From positions 37,758,001-37,822,000 of the forward strand of contig NW_027361679.1 in assembly GCF_039654945.1 (NCBI RefSeq): a stretch of 64,000 nt of DNA, in the 5' to 3' direction. The translations under genes and the position numbers were made by a program. Under the pieces are notes generated by a model. That model worked only from the letters and a program-made list of their open reading frames with translations. It did no database searches and was not told the origin of the DNA. Origin of the DNA: Dendrobates tinctorius. Taxonomy: Eukaryota. How positions within the stretch are numbered: the first letter of the stretch is position 1; each line of letters opens with the position of its first letter. Below, piece by piece: positions 23,501-35,500 of the stretch.

Positions 23501-26500
23501 GGGCACACTGGGCCGCAAGTGGCCGGTGGAAGGGAGGTAACTCTATTTCTTCAAGAGCCTCGGGGTCTTCTCCTGCCTCTGGCAGATTAGGCATCCTGGA
23601 CAGCGCATCAGCTTTGGCATTCTTGTGCCCTGCCCGGTACTTGATGGTAAACTCATAGTTAGACAGCTGAGCCATTCATCGCTGTTCCAGTGCACCTAGT
23701 TTTGCAGTGTCCAAGTGAGTCAACGGGTTGTTGTCCGTGAAGACGGTGAACTTGGCTGAAGCTAGGTAATGCTTTAATCTTTCAGTCACAGCCCAGACTA
23801 TGGCGAGGAACTCCAGCTTGAAGGAACTGTAGTTGTCAGAGTTCCTTTCAGTGGGACGAAGCTTCCTGCTGGCGTAGGATATCACTCTTTCTTTGCCATT
23901 CTGTACCTGTGACAGTACTGCTCCAGTCCCACATTGCTGACATCAGTATACAACACAAAGGGCTTGGCATAATCTGGGTAGGCCAGAACTTCATCTCCTG
24001 TGAGAGCCATCTTCAGTCGGGTGAAGGACCTCTCCAACTCCTCAGTCCATTCAAATGTGGAATTCCTCTGTTTGGCTTTCTTGGACTGTCCCACCAAGAG
24101 ATTTTGCATCGGAGTGGCTATTTCAGTGAAGCCCTTGATGAACCTTCGGTAGTAGCCTACCAGTCCAAGGAATTGGCGTACTTCATGGAGGTTGCTGGGC
24201 TTCGGCCAGTCCCGGATGACTGTGACTTTGTCCGGATCTGGTGCCACACCTTTTGCACTCACCACATGTCCGAGGTACTGTAACTTGGGCTTCAGGAGGT
24301 GGCATTTGGAAGGCTTCACCTTTAGGCCAAAGTTGGACAAGGCTTCAAACACCTCAGCCAGGTGCTCCAGATGGTCTCCATAAGTCTTGGAGAAAACAAT
24401 GACATCATCAAGGTACAACAGGACTGTCTCAAAGTTCATGTGTCCCCACTCCATCAGCCGTTGAAATGTTCCGGGGGCAGTGCAGAGCCCGAATGGCATA
24501 TAGGTGAACTCACAGAGACCCATTGGAGTAGTAAAAGCTGTTTTCTCCTTGTCTGCCTCTGCCACGGGAACCTGCCAATACCTACTAGTGAGATCCAAGG
24601 TGGAAAAGTAGTTAGCAGTTTTAAGTGCAGCCAATGACTCTTCAATTCTGGGTAATGGGAAGGCATCTTTATGTGTAATGCTGTTAATTTTCCTGTAATC
24701 AACACACATTCTCATGGTACCATCCTTTTTCTTTACAAAAACTATTGGGGCTGTCCAGGGGCTACAACTGTCTCTGATAACCCCTGCTTCCTTCATCTCT
24801 CTCAACATCCCTTTTGCACATTGGTATTGTGTTGGGGGTATAGGCCAGTACCTTTCTTTAATGGGTGGATGATCCCCAGTGGGGATATGATCTTGAACCC
24901 CTTTTGCCTGCCCAAAATCTAGTGGGTGCTTACTGAATACCCGCTCATATTCTTGTGTCACTCTGTAAACCCCATTTTTCTGGTATGAAGGTGTAGAGTG
25001 AGTTCCCACCTGCAGTTGCTGGCACCACTCTTCCATCTGCTTCACAGAGCCATTGTCCTCCACCTGATCGGATGACACCAAGGGCTCTGCTGCCTGCAAA
25101 GAGTTGTTATTAACAGTGAGCAGCTTAGCAACTGTGACATACCGAGGTATTGTGGCCTCCTCCTCCCCACAATTCAAAAGGCATACAGGTACTCTCCCTT
25201 TACGTACATCAACCACCCCTCTGTCTGACAGGACAGTGGGCCTGCTATTAGAGTATACTGCCTCTACCAATGCCTGGTAATCTTTCCCTCTGAGGCCTAT
25301 GGCTGCCCGACACCAAATCAACATTTCACATCTGGGGGGTATTGCAATGGGGAAAGCATCACTCACTCTGACGCTGCCAATTTCTCCACCAGAGAGTTCT
25401 ACCTGTTGTCTTTGCATCAGGGCCTTGATCTCCTTCTGCAGGATTCGTTGTTCCCTGGAACCAGCAGTCTCAGCCACCTGTTGCAACAAGACAATAACCT
25501 CGGAAAGACAGTTTTCAATTACATTTGTACCAAGAGTCATCATGGGATTACATTCACGTCGATCGATATCCACAACTGTCAGACCTTGAGATTTTAGCTC
25601 TTCCCGACCCACTTTAACAGTAATTTCTTTACATCCTATCTGCGGCAAAGACTGACCATTACTGGCAACTACTGTTAGTTCATCAGTTGGGCCACGGGTG
25701 AGTTCAGAATCAGCCCAATACCGCTTGTAGAGGATATAGGGCATAGTGGTCACCTGGGAGCCAGTGTCCAGCAAAACGTTCATGGGGATGCCGTCAATCA
25801 CCACACAAAGGATCGGTCTCCCTCCCACATACTTGGCTCTCCAGTTCCTTGGGCCTTGTGGTCCTATTCCTGGGGGGTTGGCCCTCTGCCCCAGGGGTTG
25901 CTCGTTTAAAGGACAAAATCTTGTAAGATGACCTGCCTTGTAGCAGCGACGACAGATGGGACATCCGTCCTGGTCATAGCGGTCGTTGTTCCTTCCTCGG
26001 AGTAGCGGGGCTCTCCTCCTCCGGAGCGACGGGACATCTTCTGGACTGGAAGCAAGCTGGATCTTCTCTTTGGAGGACACCTGCAGGGACTGCACGGTTT
26101 TAGTAAGTGCAGCCATACCCCTGGTCAACTCCTGGACCTGAAGACGCAGCTCTTCTGTAGGATCTTTATCCAGAGTCTGTGCATCAGCTTCCACAGGGAT
26201 GGAAGGGAAAGATGTTGCTTCCTGGTGGTAGGTGATTGCTGGGCGCCTAGGGGGTGCTGGACGGCTGTCAGTTGATTCCTGCAGGACCCGAATAGCCCTG
26301 TCCTTAAAATCAGCAAAGTCTAGATCAGGGTTTTGCAGGGTTATGATGCGCAACTGCCCCTTGTGGGTACTGGACAGGAGTCCTTCAATGAACTGTTCCT
26401 TTAACAGTTTATCTTCCTCCTTCACACTGTCAGGATCAACTTGCTTAACTGCTCGCAGCGCCTCCTGCAGATTAAGAGCATAGTCCCTTATACTGTCCTG

Positions 26501-29500
26501 CGTTCTCTGCTTACATCCAAATAATCGCATCATGATTTCCGCTGCAGGGCGAGTGTCAAAGGTGCTTCTCAGCTTGGCTAGAATCTTTTTAACAGTCTCT
26601 TTGTCAGTGTCCTGCCAGGCTTTCACCTCTCTCTGCTGCACCCATTAGCTGTCCAATGAGGATGTTCACTTTCTGGCTTTCAGACAGAGGGTATACTTTA
26701 AACAAACTGCACAGTTTCTTTTTAAATTCACTCAGGGTATGTGACGCACCCGAGTACTGCGGTAGCCAGGCCGCTCCCGTAAGGTAGGGCATAGACAGCG
26801 GCATTATGGGGACCGCTGCGGCGGGCGCTACTCCTTGCGGCGCTGAGGGGTTGGCAACGGCGTCCGCCGCTGCATTGTTGCTCGGCACAGACATTCTCTT
26901 CCCCCCCTAGTTAACGTTAGCCAGGGCCGGGGGTTATGCAAGCTTACCGGCGGCCGCTTCGCAGGCCCGATGCTCCGGGCTGTAGGCCTGAGCTCCTCCC
27001 ACTTCTCACGCGCTGTCCTCTCTTCCCGCGCGGCACTTCACTTCTTCGCGCTCTGCGGCAGGCTCTGCCCACGAAGGCCCGCCCCTTTTTCTTCCCACGC
27101 GCGCCAAGCAGCATGGCAATGGCGGCAATTGGCGCCAAATTCACACACAGTCTTTTACACAAACACAGTCTATGGCACACAGGACCCGGGGGGTACCGGG
27201 CTCCGTAATCCTGTTCGTGATGACAAATTGGGTCGCCCTCCCAGGGCTGTGGGATACTCAGTACCGGGCCGGTATGTGTCACAGCAGCGGTGACCCGGTC
27301 CATGGCCCTGGGCGCCCAAGTAATGTAGTTAATGGAATAGTTCGTGACGCCACCTGTGGTGTTCGGCAAGTGAGATGTTAAGCCGACGCTGCATGTAGAT
27401 CCACTGGGACTGATAGTATGGTGCAGCAAAGATGTAAAAGCTCTCCACAGGTGAAGCTGTAGTCCCAGGGCAGTGTAGATGTGGTTGGTACGGGGATGTA
27501 GCAGTGCCGGAAGGGTAGGAAGCAGCCAAAAACACAGCAGGGTGCAATTTCTGTACCTTTACTTGATAAATGCAGTCCAGGGTCCCGATTACAGATGGTA
27601 CCGGAGCAGGCTAACCTGGAAGCAGCTCAGGGATTCTCTCTCAGCAGATGGGCTGTGCAGTCTCCTTCTTAGCGCCTTTAAGGGTGAAGTACTCCTAGTA
27701 CTGAGTTACACTGAAGTTCCTCCTAATTCTCTTCTACTAGCACTCCTCGTATGGCAGACAGCTGTAGCCGCTATTACTCTCTTGGCTCACTCCGTGCTAT
27801 TGTGCCTTCGAGTCTTAGATGGGAGTAGTGAGAAAATGGAAACGCTCCTAAGACCATTTCCATTTTCTCATTGCTCCTATCCTCCATTGGAGGTTTTCGG
27901 CTGGAGCTGCGGTGGAGTCCTGACATTTTTGTCTGCCCCTGGGTTGCTTCCTAAGCACTCCTCTATGACCGCTTATCACTGACTCTTAGATGGGAGTAGG
28001 GCATTTACAGCCCTGGGGGTGCCACATATGGACCAGGAACTTTTTTCAGAAGGCATATATCTGAAGGTCTGATTTTTTTGTTACTCTGTTATCTTACAAT
28101 GAAAGATCGTCAATGCAGTAATCATTTACTTGCTGGATATTACCTTCCAGTTTGTGCTTCCAATTTATTCTGAATTGCATTAGTACATAATAGTTATATA
28201 TGAAGATAAATATAACTCTCAAATTTCATATGCTGACTTTATCTGTTCTTCTGAGTACACCTAGTGGTATTGTTGTCTTTTGCTGTTCATTATAGGGGTT
28301 CCTTGGGCAAACTGATATCTGGGCTGTATTTGATTTTTAAGTTTGGGAATTGTTATCTTTAAAAGGGAGCCAACCTCCCCCATTAGGTAAGGATGGATAT
28401 ATAGGATTTCATTATATGTAACCTCAATAAAAAAAAAGTTGAGTAGCTGTGTAAAATATAAAGAAAATAAGAATGTAATGATTGGGAAATGTCTTACAGT
28501 CATACAGCTGGAAGGTCAATTTTCACCTGACTCTGTGTATTAAAAGGGCATGTTAGAGAGACAGAGTCTCTCAGAAGAAAAGATGGTCAGAGGTTCATCA
28601 ATCTGAAGAACTGGATCTAAAAATTTAGAAAAATGTTAATCAATGTAAAATTTTAAAGATTTTGAACATCTCACCATATACAGTACATAATATAATCATT
28701 ATGGAGAAATCTATGTGCACAAGGGGCAAGGTCATCGGTTAATACTGGATGCTCGTGATCTATGGGCCCTCAGACAACAATACACAAACAAATACTACGT
28801 TGGCTTAGGAATACTTCCAGAAAATATTGTCTGTTTACACATTTCACTGTGTAATCCACAAATGCAAGTTACAGCTCTATCATTCAAAGAGGAAAGTTAT
28901 ATATCAACACAATCCAGAAACACTGCCATCTTCTCTGCTTTCTACCCTGGGCCAAAGATCATTTAAAATGGATTGAGACAAAATGGAAAACTGTTACGTG
29001 GGTCAGATGAATCAAAATGTGAACTTCTTTATGTAAACTGCACATGATGTGTCCTGATGAATCAAGAGGACCAGGACAATCCAGCTTATTATCAAAGCAC
29101 AGTTCAAAAGCCTGCATCTATGATGGTATAGGGTTACATTAGTGGCCATGCCATGGGCAGCTTACACCTCTTTAAGGTACTATTAATGCTGAGACTTACA
29201 CAGAGGTTTTAGAACTACATATCCTACCATACAGACAATGTCTATCGCAGGGAAAACCTTGCATATTTCCGCAGTACAGTGTTAAACCACATACTGCAAC
29301 CATCACTACAGCATGGCTTTGCAGAAGAAGAGCGTAAGAAAAAGAAGGGATGCTACACATTGGTAGACATGGACCTACCCCAACATTTTAGACATGTGTT
29401 GCTGCCATAATTTTCTAAATGAGCTAATTTTTTTCAAATTAAATGTAAAAATTTCTAACTTTCACCTTTTTATATGTGTTCTGTGTGCTGTTGTGAATAA

Positions 29501-32500
29501 AATATGTCTAAGAGATTTCCAAATAATTATTGTTTTCTCCCATCACCCTGCGTGCCAGCACAACATGACGTTGCCTCCCTGCCCTAATAGGGACAGGAAA
29601 CACAAAAAGGTTAACTAGTCCCTCCCCACCTTCTATCCTCAGTGTTTTTCTTTTCACTAAGAATATGAAGAGGTCATGCTGGTGCACTGTCACGGGCAGC
29701 AGACACTGGTGCGAAAATATCTGGATTCACTGGGCAGTGAGGTCGATTGCGCTGCCTTACTCTTCTATCAACTGCTTCCATGTCCATGATTATCGGGACC
29801 TCTCTGTTCATCCTCCAAGCAATGCTGAATGGATTTAGGTTAAGGTTCTCCTGTAGCTCCCCAGACTCTCTCCTCCTTCCTTTCCATGCAGGCATGCAGT
29901 GAGTGCACACTGGAACTGACGTGGGACGTCGGTTTCCTTCAGCTGACGCCACTTCACTTGACGCACGAAGGTTTCGAGCCCTTCAGGCAGGAAAACAGTG
30001 AATTGGCATGAAAATAACACCAATGATCTGCGGGCATTCCTCAGCCTGGGCATCCTACAGGAAAGGGAAGAGTTGCATCTGAGGGATGCTGCCTCACAGG
30101 GTCATGGTCACTTCGCTGTAAGTGACCCTGACAGAAGACACCCTAAGGTAGGACCGATCCTTTATATCCATAGATGGTGCATCTTCTCTTCGCTCAACAA
30201 CTGCTGAGCCCAGCGCGAACACAGGCACACTGGTAGACCCCACTTTAAGGAGTAGGATATAGTTATTACCACCTTCTTCCCTTTTTACGGGGGGCAAAGA
30301 TAGTACACCAAAAGCTAGAGCTAAATCTACGGGTCATAAATGTGCCATTTGTAATAAGCAGCTTCCATCCCCCCATAAAAAATAATTACAATATGTCAGG
30401 AGTACACAGAAAAGATTGTGAGGGATGGAAAGCCAGAGTTAACGGGGATGGTATGTTAGGAAATTTAGACTTCCCTAGTCCCTTCCCTTGTCTGACCCCC
30501 ACCTGTGACCAAAAAAGAGTAAAGGTACTGTCACACTTAGCGATGTACCAGCGATCCCGACCAGCGATATGACGCTGTCAGGATCGCTGGTGCATCGCTA
30601 AGTGGTCGCTAGTGAGCTGCCACACAGGCAGATCTCACCAGCGACATCGCAGGGGTTGGGGGTCGCTACTTACGTGTCAGACGAGGCGATCCTGACGTCC
30701 TCCCGCCCGCGTCCACGCGTCGCTCGTCGTCACAGCAGGAAGCTGACAACGAGAAACAGTCCAGGACGTTCTCGCGCGATCAGCGATAACCAGCGAGGGA
30801 GCGGTCGGAGGTAAGTATCAGACATAGCGATATCACTATCGATATTGCTATAACGTCACAAAAACCAGTGACGTTATAGCGATATTGCTAGCGATATCGC
30901 TTAGTGTGACAGGCCCTTAAGATCAGTTTAGTTTAGAACTCAGACACAGATGAAACCCATGCATCAATACCTGAAGATTGGCTGGAGGAAGAAAAATTTG
31001 CCCAGACCATAAGGCCAAAAAATATTTTTTTCTTCTGAGGACATGGAGGAACTCCGTACAGCAGTAAGAAATACAATGGAAGTTGAGGAAGAAAACATGA
31101 CCCGAACAGTCCAAGATTAAATGTTTGAGGGATTGAGGTAAAAAAAGAAGATGGTGTTCCCGATTCATGACAATATTCAGAGTTTTATTTTGGATGAATG
31201 GGAGTTACTAGAGAAACGTTTGGGTATTCTAGGCAAAATGAAAGGAAAATTTCAGCTAGAAGAAGAGATAGCTAATGCTTGGTCTGAAATTCCAAAAATT
31301 GACATTCAGGGCATTAAGGAGGCTAGGAAAGCAACTCTGCCATTTGATGATTCTTCACAAATTAAAAACTGAATGGATCAGAAGATTTGTAGCCTTTTGA
31401 AAAAAGCATGGTAAGCATTGGCAGTATCATTAACATCAAATGTAGTGTCCACCTGTGTGGCAAGGTCTATGTTCCAATAGTTGAATCAACTTGAGGCTCA
31501 TCTGAGCATGGGAACTCCCAAAGAAGCTTTCTTACCTCTACTTCAGAAGGCTATGGGGTTTCTAGTAGATGCCTCACCAGAGTCAGTCAGAGCAGCTGCT
31601 AAGTTCTCTGTGTTATCAAACGCAACAAGACGAGGACTTGGTTGAAGATGTGGAATCGAGATATCATATCCAAAGCCAAACTTTGCTCCATTCCCTTCTA
31701 AGGCGAACTACTACAAAAAGCATCTGAAAGCAGGTTGAGGGATGCAGTGACAGACAGAAGGCAGAGCAAGAGTTTACAAATTTGACAGTTTTAATATAAA
31801 CAGGAGGTTAACTCCTCGCAGGGAGATGAAGGGTTAACTGTGAGAATAACAGTCCAATTATAAAGGATATGGAGAGTTAATAAACAAAGTGACAACAGTC
31901 CTTTGGTGCCCTTATCGTGTCAGGAATCCTTCAGACTGCTGGCACTACTTGGGGGTTGATAGCACCGGCAACGGCTGGCGCGATGTTTGTCCATGGAGGT
32001 TCTGTGGGCAACGACGATCTGTCTTCTGGCAGCAGCGGTCAGTCTCCGGAACCTTCGGCTGAGCCCCTAGTCCATGAGCATATGCGGCCAACACAAACAA
32101 GACTGCAGCACTATCAGGGTCCACCGTGGGCAGGCAGGGGCCGCAGATGTCTATCCAGCACCTGGTTCTCTGTGACACGTGCGCTTCTCCCTCTGTAGTC
32201 CCCGGTGGTGATGACGGGAATACCAAGACGCAGGCCGGCGCAGTCCTGTTGCTCAAGGGATGGAGTGCACCTGTTTCTCTGCAGCGCGCTGCCTGCTTCG
32301 GCCAAGACTGCTTCTGCGCGCGCTGTCCCTGAACTCCCTAAGCCACACCCCCTGCTTCCGAGTGCAAAGGTCCATCCGGTTTCTTACTCCTTCCCCCGGA
32401 CAACAGGGGAGACAGCCTCGACAGTTCCGGGCCCGACACAGGACAGGTACCCATGGCCCGATTCTCCTCCTTCCACAACCAATAAAAAGTCACTACCTGA

Positions 32501-35500
32501 GCCAAAAGTCATCAGGTGAAGATCCTTTCATCCATCACAGACCCTACCTCCACAGTACAGAGGGAAGGGGAAGAAGGGATGCTGGAGCTACCCCAAAAGG
32601 GAGAAGGGGTAGGAACATTTTTTAAAGCCAGTGCCAGGAAAGACAATGATGCCAGGAATTTAGGGGCAGAATCTCAGTTGTTTTCCCAGGGGCAGAATCT
32701 CAGTTGTTTTCCCAGTGGCAGATCATTTCCTCAGACAAAAGGATTCTGGAATCCATCAGAGGGGTGGTAATTGAGTTCTCCTCCTACCTTGCAGAAAGCC
32801 TAAGAATAACCTTCCTTAAATCTTGAAAGCAGATTCTGATGTCAGGGCTAAAGATCTGCAGACGTCAGGGGTTATCTCACCAATTCCAGAAGTAGAGCAA
32901 AGCAGAGTTCATTATTTTCACCTATTTCTTTTAAAGAAACCAAGTGGAGCCTACAGTGTAATTGTAAATCTAAAGCCCCTAAATCAATATATAATCTACA
33001 GAAGATTCATGACGTAATCCATAAGATACAGTCGCTCTTTGTTATGGCAACTGTTGATTTGCAAGACGCCTATTACCATATTCCCATACATCCAGCGCAT
33101 CAAAAAATGTTAAGATTCGTGATCATTCAGTTGAATTCATCAGGAAATAGAATGTACAGTATGCATCATTCCTTATCTCGAAGATTTCATAATTATTGCT
33201 CCTTCTATACCAATTCTCAGATAACACATACATATAACGTTTCAGATACTGACACCCCTGGGATGGTTGGTGAATCTTTAGAAGTCAGACTTAAATCCAT
33301 TTACCAGGATAAATTTCCTGAGATTCCGTCTGGATCTTCAAGAATAGGCAACTTTTTTTTACCAAGAGACAAGCAAATACAGATAAGATCCAGAATCTCT
33401 GTTCTGTTTGTAATGTCTGTCCTAGGATCCATGATATCATGTATCCAAGCGGTACACTGGTCCCAGGCTCATACAAGAATTCTTCAAACTTATATTCTGT
33501 CCTGCTGGAACATATCCCCTCTAAACAGAAGAATTAATTTTCCCGTTCACGTTAAATCGTCCCTGGACTGGTGGCTCAATCCAGGAAATCAAGGAAAAGG
33601 AGTATCTTGGATTGAATTCCCACTTACAACTATAATGACAGATGCCAGCAAAAGTGGATGAGGAGCAATGGTCTCCTGAGACTCCTTTCAAGGGGTCTGG
33701 CCACAAAAGATAACCAGTCATTCAATTTCAGAGAGCTGAAAGTGGTAGAAGAGATCCTCAAGACTGCAGTATCATTACTTCAGGGAACGCATGTTGGGAT
33801 TTATTATGACAACAGTGGCTCACCTTTGTCATCATGTAAGTACAAAATACAGCAATCTGAAGTCAATCCCAAGAATAATCTTCTCTTGGGCAGAGTAGCA
33901 TCTTCTGTCCCCATCAGTACTTCATCTAAGCGGCTCCGTCAAAACCCACAAGAGGACTTCCTGAGCAGGAAAGACATATTCGGGTGAGTGGAGTCTGAAG
34001 ACCAAGATTTTTAAAATGATAACCAGGAAATAGGACCATTCAGAGGTAGACTTATTTGTGAGCCGTCAAAATGCAAAAGTAGGTCACTACTCCCTAAATC
34101 CTGTGAGGCAGTGAACACATTCACCTATCCTCGGGAATTCAAATTGGCCTAAGTCCCCCCCCCTGCCAATTCCCATCTTTCCAAGAGTAGTGCAGAAGAT
34201 CAGGACAGAGGGAGTCTATACAATCCTTATAGTATCCTTCTGGCCAAAAAGAAGCTGAGTCCGGACATTAAACAGCCTGAAGTTGGAGGACCTACTTATC
34301 CTCCCTCTGGTCCACGATCTTCTACAATAAAGTCCAATTAGACATCCAGTTGAACAAAATCTGTGTCTGGTTGGTTGGCTTCTGAAGCCGAAATCTTAAA
34401 GGCAAAAGGTCAGACCCTGTCAGACAGGGTCATAGGTACCCTTCAGAAGAGCAGAAAACAGATAAATAATGCCATCTATGGAAAAATATGGAAGACCTTT
34501 ATTTTATGGTATGGCACTGTTTCTCTGGATCCGTTTCATCCTGACATAGCCAGAATCCTAGATTTCCTACAGGATAGTCTGGGAAGAGGCTTAAAACCTA
34601 GTACCCCTAATGTCCAAATGACAGCCTTAAGTTCATTTTTCGTGCAAGATCTGGCAAGTCCTTGGTGGACAAGAAGATTCATGACCACAGCTTCCTGGGT
34701 ACACACAAGAATCCCACCTCGGGACCTAACTATTGTCCTCAAGGGACTAACTCTGCCTTCTTTTGAGCCAATAGCTGCATTGGTTTTAAATAAACTGTCC
34801 TGGAAGGCCGCTCTCCTAGTAGCCATAACAACAGGGAAGTCAGCTAGTGAACTGCAGGCTCTATTGATTAGGGAATCATATCTAAAGATCCTAGAAGACA
34901 GAATTGTATTCAGTCTGGACCCATCTTTCTTGCTAAAGGTGACATCAGAATTCCTCATGCATCAGGAGATAGTCCTCCCGTCTTTTTGCCAGGATCCAAC
35001 AAAGGAACTTCATTTGTTAGATGTATGGAGAACCATTCTTCACTATCTTCAGCAGAGTCCTGGAGGAAGAACCAGAATCTCTTTGTACAATATTGTGGAC
35101 AAAACTAGAAAAAAGACTTTGAAGCATATCTAGCAGTATTGCAGAGTCGCTACCTGGTCCTCGGTCCATACCTGTCATGTCGGACGCTGTTCACACCACA
35201 GCATCCGGCAGGCAGAGGTAGTTCCACCTCCAGCCACTATAGCCTCAGTGGCGCCGGCCTGATCTTCAGGCTCTCGGGGGTTAATCCTGCTGGAGACCAG
35301 GTTGGATGGTTAGTCACGCCCACGGTCTTTAAATAGTCATGCTGGCCTATGGGCGTCGCCGATTATAGCTTGTGTTTCATACCAAGTGGTTCCGGTCTGG
35401 AGTGGAGGTGTTCAAGAGAGAGAGATTCATATCTGGTGTCGTATGATCCGTCGTTATCCTTTCTCCTTCCCATATTTGTGTTTAGTTGTGCCCTGTTCAC

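Noticed and set aside
23882-26894. Domesticated PNMA-like gag gene
   Set aside because: It is flanked by LTRs and a TSD and carries disabling mutations, so it is an ordinary retrotransposon copy.
34363-35133. Phage-integrase-like ORF suggesting a prophage or bacterial transfer
   Set aside because: It is the tyrosine recombinase of a DIRS1-like element, with adjacent RT, RNase H and inverted terminal repeats.
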